64,000 nt of DNA from Octopus sinensis. Its lineage: Eukaryota. The notes under the pieces were generated by a model that did not search any database, was not told the origin of the DNA, and saw only the letters and a list, made by a program, of their open reading frames with translations. The position numbers were made by a program, and so were the translations under genes. Shown here piece after piece: positions 54,517-64,000 of the stretch; within the stretch, counting starts at the first letter, position 1, and each line of letters opens with the position of its first letter. The stretch spans positions 157,356,001-157,420,000 of the forward strand of contig NC_042999.1 of the NCBI RefSeq assembly GCF_006345805.1, written 5' to 3'.

Positions 54517-55915
54517 CAGGGTGTCCATAAAGTCTCTTTACAATTTTAAAATTTTATTACAAAGGCAATTGACAAGATATCTTAACCAGATTTGTTTTAT
54601 TGTAATAATTGTTTATTAAAGTTTTTTTTAACTGTTATTTAATAGACCTCAACATGGGCACCATTAGTTGTGCGAAGCACATTAAGACGGTACTCGATTT
54701 CTTGCCATGTTCGCTGTAGGATAGCCTCATCAACGGTGGCAATGGCTTTACGAATCCTTTGCTTCAAGTCAGCAATGTCCCGTATCTTTGTTTGATACAC
54801 GATATCTTCTACATTACCCCATAAAAAGAAGTCCAAGGGAGTGATATCTGGCAAACGCGGTGGCCATGGAATTAGCCCATTCCTTCCAATCCATCGGTCT
54901 GGACTTGTTTGATTGAGGAACTGACGAACATGCTGTAAAGGGAACTGGTTGCTTCTTTACACTTTTGGGGTGCAACTTGGGTGCAACACAATTTCCTTTC
55001 TTTTTGTTTCTAGAAACTACCAGTCGGTAACAAAACACAACTTTAAAAATATATATGATTCTTTATTCTCTTATTCACAAATGAAGCATGTTGGTATACT
55101 GGTAACCACCTAGTTCAACACAGCAAGGCTGAATTCTAACGTTTGTAAGTTTCTTACAACAATTCAGCAGCAACAGAAACAGGTTAAATCCTAAACGTCT
55201 GGGACAGGAGAATAGGCTGATCACACGTTCAAAAATACATCCTTTCTCTTCTATCGCCGTGTCTCAAGTCGACGACGCTATTAAGGAACGCGATAGAATT
55301 TCTTCCCCAGTCTCTAGCGCATGTGCATGAGGGAACTTCCTTATGCCGTTCCAGAAGGTTCCAACCCCGCACACGCACACTGAAGAATACGTTCCGCACA
55401 CGCACACTGGAATATGACGTCACTACAAAGCCATCCCCAATGTGGTGGTGCACCATCTTCCTGGAAAATGATGGTTGGTTGTAAATCAGTCAGTTGTGGT
55501 GCCACATATTCAGTCAGAAGGTCGAGGTAAACATCTGCAGTAATTGTTGCCTTGTTGAAAAAAAGGGATCAATTATTCGATTGCACATGATTCCTCACCA
55601 CACATGCACAAATTGAAGGACGCGGTGGTGGATCTCTTCCATACTTAGTTTTGTAGTTCCGTTGAGTCTGAACATCCAATTTTGCCTCAATAAACCAGCA
55701 CACACCTTGTGCCTTTTCATAAGGAGTAGCCATTTTTTTTAGGGGTTCAGTGAATCAGTTCCCTTCCATCAACAGAGTATCTGAAACACAAAAATTTAAT
55801 ACTAATAAAAACTTTAATAAACAATTATTAAAATAAAGCAAATCTGGTTAAAATATCTCATCAACTGCCTTTGTAATAATTCTTTAAATTATAAAGAGAC
55901 TTTATGGACACCCTG
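54517..55915 (-). mobile_element. Tc1/mariner (DD37D/maT-like) element with about 110-bp TIRs, internally deleted, with foreign insert
   Basis: TIR cagggtgtccataaagtctcttta at both ends, TA at right; QEDGAPPHWG at about 55435-55465 and HVRQFLNQ..RWIGR..PWPPR.PDITPLDFFLWG at 54810-54935. Confidence 0.9.
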
Positions 55916-56369
55916 TATTATATATATAAATATATAGGCGCAGGAGTGGCTGTGTGGTAAGTAGCTTGCTTGCCAACCACATGGTTCCGGGTTCAGTCCT
56001 ACTGCGTGGCATCTTGGGCAAATGTCTTCTGCTATAGCCTCGGGCCGACCAATGCCTTGTGAGTGGATTTGGTAGATGGAAACTGAAAGAAGCTTGTTGT
56101 ATATATGTATATATATATATATATATGTATGTGTGTGCATATGTTTGTGTGTCTGTGTTTGTCCCCCTAGCATTGCTTGACAACCAATGCTGGTGTGTTT
56201 ATGTCCCCGTCACTTAGCGGTTCGGCAAAAGAGACCGATAGAATAAGTACTGGGCTTACAAAGAATAAGTCCCGGGGTCGATTTGCTCGACTAAAGGCGG
56301 TGCTCCAGCATGGCTGCAGTCAAATGACTGAAACTAGTAAAAGAGAAAGAGATATATATACTTGTACTT

Positions 56370-57930
56370 GTGACAGCATTCACCCAGGGTGGATTGAGTC
56401 AGCTTCTCTGGTCCTGACGGCATCACGAACCATAGCTGCCCACGCTCGATGGTCCTGTGCGAGGTCACTGGAGATAGCCAGCCATTCGCAGTTCCATCTG
56501 CGCAGACCGGCTACCTGTGGACCTGAGAGTTTGGAGAGGTCCTCCTTTATCGTCGTTGCCCAGGTCTTCAGCTGCCTGCCTGTGCATTTGTGCCAGTTGG
56601 AAGTGGAGGTGGGAGAAGGACATCGCGGTTCAGCTCACCCTCTGGACACCAGGCTGCATGACCAAACCACCTTAAGCGCCGTTGTAGAAGCATCGAAGGG
56701 AGGGGCCGGAGATTCAGGCAATGACGAAGACTGGCTGTAAGAACTCGATCAATGTGTCGGCAGAGAAGAATGCGGCGGAGACAGTCATTGTCGAACACCT
56801 CCAGCCTTCGCTGATCGACTACCCTCATAGGCCATGCTTCACAACCATAGAGGAGGATAGTATGAACGATGGCCTGGGAGATTCGCCTTTTGGTCACCGA
56901 AGAGATCTCTCTTCTGTCCCACAGGCATGCTGGAGGCGCATGAATGCAGATCTGGCAACACCTATGCGACACTCAACCTCGGCTGCGCCCTGACTCATTG
57001 CAACCACCACCGCTGAGCACAGGTAGACACCCTTTCGAGAGCATCTTGGACATCTGCCCGGTTAGAGCCCAAAAGCGCAATGTCATCTGCATAGGCCAGG
57101 TCCATCACCATGACTCCTCTCCCAGCCTCTACGCTCGGGTAGTCCCGAAGCGCAGTGTTGAGAATGTAATCGATGGTGTAATTGAATAGGGTTGGTGAGA
57201 GCGCACAACCCTGTCGAACACCTGTAGTGACATCAAACAATTCCGTCTCCACACTATAGACCCTCACACGAGCCCTTGTTGAACGATAGTAGCCCTGTAT
57301 GAGGTTTAGCAGTTTCACAGGAATACCGTCCGCCTGCATAATATGCCAGAGGGCCTCCCGATCCACCGAGTTGAAGGCAGACGCAAAATCGATGAAGCGG
57401 AGGATGGCATGTTGTTGGTGCGCCCACTGTTGTTCCAGGACTCGCCGAAGACTGAAGATTTAATCAATGCATCCCTCCTGGGATGGAAGTCACCCTGAGA
57501 AGGATGAGTATGAACCTCACGGATGGCCTGGAACCTCTTCAGAGGAAGGATTGCAAAGGTTTTGGCAGCCACATCGATCAAGCTGATGCCTCTGTAGTTG
57601 GAACATAGCTTTCTATCACCTTTTTTGAAGAAAGGTAAAATAGTTGCCTTGCTCCTGTCATCAGGAAAACACTCCGTCGCCCACACAACACAGAAGACAC
57701 GATGGAGCCAGGCTGCGAAGGCATCAAGCTCAGCCTTGTTGATCTCAGCTGGGATACGTCCTCACCCAGAGCCTTGTTGTTCTAGAGATTTTTCCGGATA
57801 CCGTGCACCTCCTTGTCTGTTGGAGGGACAGTGTTGCACCTGTACTCTTCACCAGGTGGCTGCACGTCGGTTGTCATAGATGGAGGCAGGTGATTGAGCA
57901 GCTCAGAGAAGTGGTCCTACCATCAGCCCA
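56370..57930 (-). mobile_element. Degenerate RTE-type LINE RT fragment (second family)
   Basis: FKKGDRKLCSNYRGISLID, GVRQGCALSPTLFN, LAYADD, LLQRRLRWFGH. Confidence 0.88.
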
Positions 57931-57948
57931 GCCGATATTACATTATAT

Positions 57949-58024
<76 letters not shown>

Positions 58025-58063
58025 CATTATATTAAATATATAAATAGAGAGAGAGAGAGACCG

Positions 58064-58708
58064 AGACCTCTGGAAGTATGCTGTGCGTGAGAAGACTCGG
58101 CAGGACAAGTGAGACCATAACCCATAACCCGTGGCCTTCTACATGGGATGTAGGCAGCCCATTTATGCATACCTTCCCTTCTTGGGACACAAAACTCTAC
58201 TTGTAAAGACGTGTTGAGGCAAGTGAGAATCAGAATCGAAATCGATCAATGGAAATTGCAGCCGAGTTACCAGTGCCGGTGGCACGTAAGAGAACCATCC
58301 GAATGTGGCTGTTGCCAGCGCCGCCCCACCTGGCCTCGTGCCAGTGGCACGTAAAAAGCACCATCCGTTCGTGGCTGTTGCCAGCGCCACCCGACTGGCC
58401 TCGCGCCGGTGGCATGTAAAAAGCACCATCCGTTCGTGGCTATTGCCAGCCTCGCCTGGCCCCTGTGCTGGTGGCACATAAAAAGCACCATCCGATCGTG
58501 GCCGTTTGCCAGACTTGTCTGGCACGTAAAAAGCACCCAATACACTCATGGAGTGGTTGGTGTTAGGAAGGGCATCCAGCCGTAGAAACATTGCCAGATC
58601 AAACTGGGCCTGGTGCAGCCTTCTGGCTTCCCAGACCCCAGTTGAACCGTCCAACCCATGCTAGCATGGAAAGCGGACGCTAAATGATGATGATGATGAT
58701 GATGATGA
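58064..58708 (+). mobile_element. RTE LINE last codons plus complete 3' UTR
   Basis: RDRDLWKYAVREKTRQDK* then the 3' UTR and (TGA)n, as in 15752-16500. Confidence 0.9.
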
Positions 58709-58721
58709 TATTACATTATAT

Positions 58722-58780
<59 letters not shown>

Positions 58781-59753
58781 CATTATATTGTATATATATT
58801 ACATTATATGATATATATATACACAAACACACACATATATATATATATATATTATATTATCGCGGGCATGGCTGTGTGGTTAGGGAGCTTGCTTCCTAGC
58901 TACATGGTTTCGGGTTCAGTCCCACTGCGTGGCACTTTGGGTAGGTGTCTTTCACTATAGCCCCGAGCTGACCGGAGCTTTGTGATTGAATTCGGTAGGT
59001 GGAAGTTACTGCCGTGTGTGCGTATGTGCATGTAGGTGCTTGTGCCTCTCCCAAAGAGAGAGAGAGGGATATATATATAGGCGCAGGAGTGGCTGTGTGG
59101 TAAGTAGCTTGCTTACCAACCACATGGTTCTGGTTTCAGTCCCACTGTGTGGCCCCTTAGGCAAGTGTCTTCTACTATAGCCTCAAGCCGACGAAAGCCT
59201 TGTGAGTGGATTTGGTAGACGGAATCTTAAAAAAGCCCATCGTATATATGTATACACATTTATGAAAATACTCCAGTCAAAAGAAGTATTACTGAACAGT
59301 ACAGAAGAGAGGGAACAAAATGCTGACACAAAAATAGCTTTACACATAATAAAATGAAAAATATATGAATAGATACCACCCCCCAGTATGTAATCTTAAG
59401 TAATTATTATGAAGATAGTTAAATATAGTTTTAATAGAATAATATAATAGTATTAGATATGGTTATACCTAAAACTATGAATAAATTTAAAGAATATTAC
59501 CTTAAAAAGGATTAGACAGGCCACATATTAAAGAAAATAAATCACTAAATCTTTGGCACTAGAAAAAATCCAATTATACCTAAAGATAAGAGTATCTTAT
59601 TATTATCTCCCCTTGAATTAAACCTCTCAAATGATATTAGTCATAAAGAATTTTTTTAGAGTAGTGTTTTTTATTCCAATAATACTTAGCACCATACAGT
59701 AATTGTGGTAAATAGTTTCATTTACTAGTTTTATTCAATAAATTTATAACATA

Positions 59754-60136
59754 CTAGCAGTATCGCCCGGTGTTGCTCGGGTTTGTACGGGAAATAACTA
59801 TATAAGCATTTTTAGAGATGTAAAGTATAATAGCCATCTCAATATGGCTAACCACAAAGAGGGGGAGTGTTACTGTAGCTTTTTACGTTCTGAGATTTAA
59901 TAATAAATTTTTAGAGAGTTACTTCCCTTATATATGCCAAAAATGCATTAAAATGGAAAAAAATGATGGTAAATTTTTTTTTAAATCGTAGACTCATGCT
60001 AATACCCAGAAGGGCTCGATATGAATCACGACTATAAGATACCCGGTTTTGGTTAAACTGCACCGCAAAATGTGGGAGCAGTTAGGAATCTAAATCGTAG
60101 GAGACAGACACACAACTTCACTATTATATATAAAGA
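59754..60136 (-). mobile_element. Non-autonomous Helitron
   Basis: Reverse-complement copy of the 24771 family, with TC start, hairpin and CTAG end. Confidence 0.88.
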
Positions 60137-60316
60137 TATAGCAGTTTTTTTTACTTTTTAAATATTATTAACTTACATTTAACATAATAATGGTAATACA
60201 TACATACGGGTAAATTTCACAATAAATTATTAATTCCCGTAAAGTTTATTTAGATAGGCGGTTTAATTTGACATGGTTATAAAATAGTCGATGAGGGCTT
60301 CCTTATGTTTAGCACT

Positions 60317-60350
<34 letters not shown>

Positions 60351-61353
60351 TTCCGGGTTCAGTCCCACTGCGTGGAACCTTGTGCAAGTGTCTTCTACTA
60401 TAGCCTTGGGCCAACCAAAGCCTTGTGAGTTGATTTGGTAGACGGAAACTGAAAGAAGCCCGTCGTATATATGTATGTGTGTGTGTTTGTGTGTCTGTGT
60501 TTGTCCCCCTAGCATTGCTTGACAACTGATGCTGGTGTGTTTACGTCCCCGTCACTTAGCGGTTCGGCAAAAGAGACCGATAGAAAAAGTACTGGGCTTA
60601 CAAAGAATAAGTCCCGGGGTCGATTTGCTCGACTAAAGGCGGTGCTAGAGCATGGCCGCAGTCAAATGACTGAAACAAGTAAAAGAGTAAAAGAGTAAAA
60701 GAGTATATATATATATATACATTGTTATCATATTTTCAGGTGTTTAATTTTATTGAATTTTTATGAATTTTTAAAATTTCATAATTTTTTTTAATTTTTA
60801 AAATCTTTTCAATATTGTAAAAGTATATTAGGAAGTTATATATATAGATATTTTTATTCTTATTCTCATTTTTAATGAAGGTATCTTAGAATTTGTATGA
60901 TTAAGTCATCATCATCGTTTAACTTCCGTTTTCCATGCTAGCATGGGTTGGACGGTACGACCGGGGGCTGGGAAGCCGGGAGGACCACAACTTCAATTTC
61001 AGGACAAACTTATTTAATAGCCATGTGTTAAGAGGAATTCTTTGGGGTTTGGTTAATTCACCTCTATATCATCATCATCATCACCGTTTAACGTCCGCTT
61101 TCCATGCTAGCATGGGTTGGACGGTTCAACTGGGGTCTGGGAAGCCAGAAGGCTGCACCAGGCCCAGTCTGATCTGGCAGTGTTTCTACAGCTGGATGCC
61201 CTTCCTAACGCCAACCACTCTGTGAGTGTAGTGGGTGCTTTTTTATATTATATGTATATATTATATTATATTTTATAAATATATATATATAACATTATAT
61301 TGTATGTATATATATTATATATCATTACATATATAAAGAGAGAGAGATATATA

Positions 61354-62950
61354 CTAGCAGTATAGTCCAGCGTTGGCCAGGATTAAGTTAGGATTATTAA
61401 GCTAATCAAGTGCTTTGTTTCAAACCAAACTAAGTAACACCAACGTCTAATTTGAGTGAAATCCATTGAAATTGGTAAACATTTGGTTGAAAATAGGTTG
61501 CAGACAATTTGATTGGGAAATCCATAGGAATCGTTTTATCGATTTTTTCCAATCATCAATTGTTTGTGTTTGTTTTTTTTTTGGAAAATTTAAAACATTC
61601 AAAGCTCCCACAAGTCCTAAGTAATGCCGGCATCAAGTTTGAACAAAATACATCAAAACTGGTAAAAGTTATGGTTGAAAATGGGGTGTAGCAATTTTTG
61701 TGGGAAATCCTATAAGGTATCAGTTTATCAATTTTTTATCCTGATTAAATAGAAAACCCCATAAGGAATCAGTTTATTGATTTTTCACCTCAAATAGGAC
61801 TTAACCGAACACAACATTGCTGGTTCAAAAACATTTATATTTATACTTTAAAGTTGGTTTTCATACCCAACCCGGTTCTGCAGAATCAGTGTCATGATGG
61901 GAAAGCATGGGTTGGGAGTTTGACGGGCAGAGGTGATCAGGTTGTTCATGCCAGCCTTTTCGAACCCCACCCCCATCATCTAACTCCCCTCCGACCATGG
62001 GCTGGGAGCCCTTCCGGCAAGGAAAATAGAACGCCCAAAAGAGCTCCTGATTCTCCATGTCAGAAGAGGTTATGTTCAGATTACAACTAAGCCTTAACCT
62101 AAGCCTAAGCTAACCTGGCGAAAAGGGGGCTCAGGAGCCCCTAAAAGGCAGCGACTAATCCCGATCTAGTCCTAACCCCTCCTAGGGGTACTATCGATCA
62201 AAGCTGCATCGAAGATGTGCATTGGAGAAGATTGCATTGAAGGTTTGCATTGGATAAGGATGCATCAAAGGTTTGCATTGTAGATCTGCAGTGAAGAAGG
62301 TTGATTCGAAGGTTTGCATTGGGGATCCAGATTAGAGTAACTTAGCAAAACTTACCAACAGCCTTAACAAAAAAATAAGGGGCCTGGCCCTTCTAGCCTA
62401 ACTCTATGAGCAACTTGGCCAAGCACTGATATCGGCCAAGTGAGCATTATTGTCGGAGAAGTCAGCATTGTCCAATAAAGAAGAGGAAGAGTCCATGAGT
62501 CATGCTGCCATGGTTTGAGACTATGTCCGGCCAATGCTTCTGGATCACCCGTTTATAATGATATCGGCTGCAATGATGACTTGTTCTTCTTTCTACGTCT
62601 ATAAAACTTCGCTATAGACAACATTGCGTGTTCTGCCTTGTGGAGCATACACAAAAGGAGTGTTTCTACTTCCCACACAGGAGCAGGCCACATAAAGTTG
62701 CCCATGTGAAAAGCACGGCTCCCCCAAATGAATGACTGCTACCAATAGTGTTTGGCTCTGAGATTTGTTGATGGACATGGTGATCTGCGGATGTTAAACA
62801 GCATGTCTGACCCCGAGGGATAAAGGTGCATCCTTGAAATAAAAACATTTCCCCCTCCTCCCATACCACGTAACAATGGTGGCCTCAATATAGTGGGGTG
62901 TCAGGGACTTGACTACCAAGCAGGTCCCATTGCACTGTTTAGGCAGATAA
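61354..62950 (-). mobile_element. Helitron 3' portion (helicase C-terminus, 3' UTR, hairpin and CTAG)
   Basis: MSINKSQSQTL..PCFSHGQLYVACS.VGS..GRTRNVVYSEVL* at about 62605-62950; terminus cctggccaacgctgg..actgCTAG|t at 61354; its last 120 bp recur at 39265-39381 and 40258-40375. Confidence 0.82.
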
Positions 62951-63835
62951 AGTGTGTACTCTTTATCTTATTTGAATTGTTATTTTGAGTGGCAGGAGAT
63001 AAGTTTCAGTGAACTTGAATAGCATTATTTACATTATTTACAATGAGTAGATATTTGTCTTCATCTTGTTGGTTGTTAACACGTTTTGGCTGATATACTC
63101 TCCAGCCTTCATCAGGAATTTCGAACCTGGGTTCTTATTTCTAAGGTATTTTTCGATGTTGTTGTTGTTGTTATTGTTATTATTGTTATTATTATTATTA
63201 TTATTATTCATGACACTGCCTGGAATCTAACTCGGAATTTTGTGGTTAGTAGCCCGCGGTCTTAACCACTATGCTATATGCCTGTGGGTATATGGCGTAG
63301 TGCTTTAAATCACATAGGAAGAAAAATGGCTACAGCACAAAGTCATCTCTTTGTTTCAACCACCAAGAAAGCAAAAGTACATACAGAGAATTTCATAAAC
63401 AGAAATGAATAAGAATGTTGTGGCTGAAAATAAAGTCAAATAGAGAATTTAAATATTAAAACAAACAGAAACTAAGAAACAAAATGTGCTAGTTGCTGCT
63501 GTGGAGGATGATGATGATATGATGAAAGATGAAGCAAGCGAACACCAAATATATAGTGTGTGTGTTTCCATTGGATACACTGGCAACATGACCATCCCCA
63601 AATACACATCAAGAATCTTGCAAAACGAACAAATAAACTTCCTTTTGAGTTTTGGGCCTCGGGCCAACCAAAGCCTTGGGAGTGGATTTGGTAGATGGAA
63701 ACTGAAAGAAGCCCGTCATATATATGTATGTGTGTATATATATATATATATATTATATTAAATTAGAGACAAAACCACTATTAGGCAAATCATACAATGA
63801 AAAACTTAAGTTTGGATTTATTCCCTAATATTTAT

Positions 63836-63882
<47 letters not shown>

Positions 63883-64000
63883 AGAGAGAGACGCAATGGC
63901 TCAGTGGTTAGGGCAGCGGACTCGCAGTTGTAGGATCGCGGTTTCGATTCCCAGACCGGGCGTTGTGAGTGTTTATTGAGCGAAAACACCTAAAGCTCCA

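Noticed and set aside
58270-58530. CRISPR-like spaced repeats (ggtggcacgtaaaaagcaccatcc), also at 15920-16100 and 36140-36245
   Set aside because: About 60-bp tandem subrepeats of the RTE 3' UTR; the spacers are homologous to each other, the context is eukaryotic and there are no cas genes.
59290-59750. Very AT-rich, strand-skewed tract suggesting a NUMT
   Set aside because: I could not assign any mitochondrial protein or rRNA motif in the frames tried; BLASTN against an Octopus mitogenome would settle it.

Overview
AT-rich, repeat-dense eukaryotic genomic DNA, most likely Octopus (recognised from its SINE/LINE-tail families and dense TA/CA microsatellites). One host gene is present: mitochondrial succinate-semialdehyde dehydrogenase (SSADH/ALDH5A1) on the minus strand. 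I traced eight coding exons by hand (42267-42129, 28882-28761, 25716-25633, 24153-23983, 13299-13183, 9517-9374, 6083-5940, 636-478; 1080 nt = 360 codons, all GT-AG, frame continuous). The C-terminal exons lie left of the window and an upstream exon is implied but not located. Introns and upstream DNA are layered with transposons: a full-length RTE LINE with TSD, a near-complete decayed Helitron plus Helitron minis, Penelope-like elements, four Tc1/mariner elements, piggyBac-type MITEs, CR1/RTE/Gypsy fragments and four tRNA-SINE families. Most notable: (1) a 2.05-kb ORF1-only (HAL1-like) retroelement with an intact 395-aa zinc-knuckle ORF and a 15-17-bp TSD; (2) a full 5S rRNA copy fused to the 3' tail of a CR1-type LINE found in the same window (SINE3-like or chimera); (3) several minimal hammerhead-ribozyme motifs in Penelope-derived repeats; (4) a mariner whose transposase is split by a CpG-rich, promoter-like 0.5-kb insert. 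All coordinates were read by eye; repeat boundaries are approximate unless a TSD or TIR is quoted.
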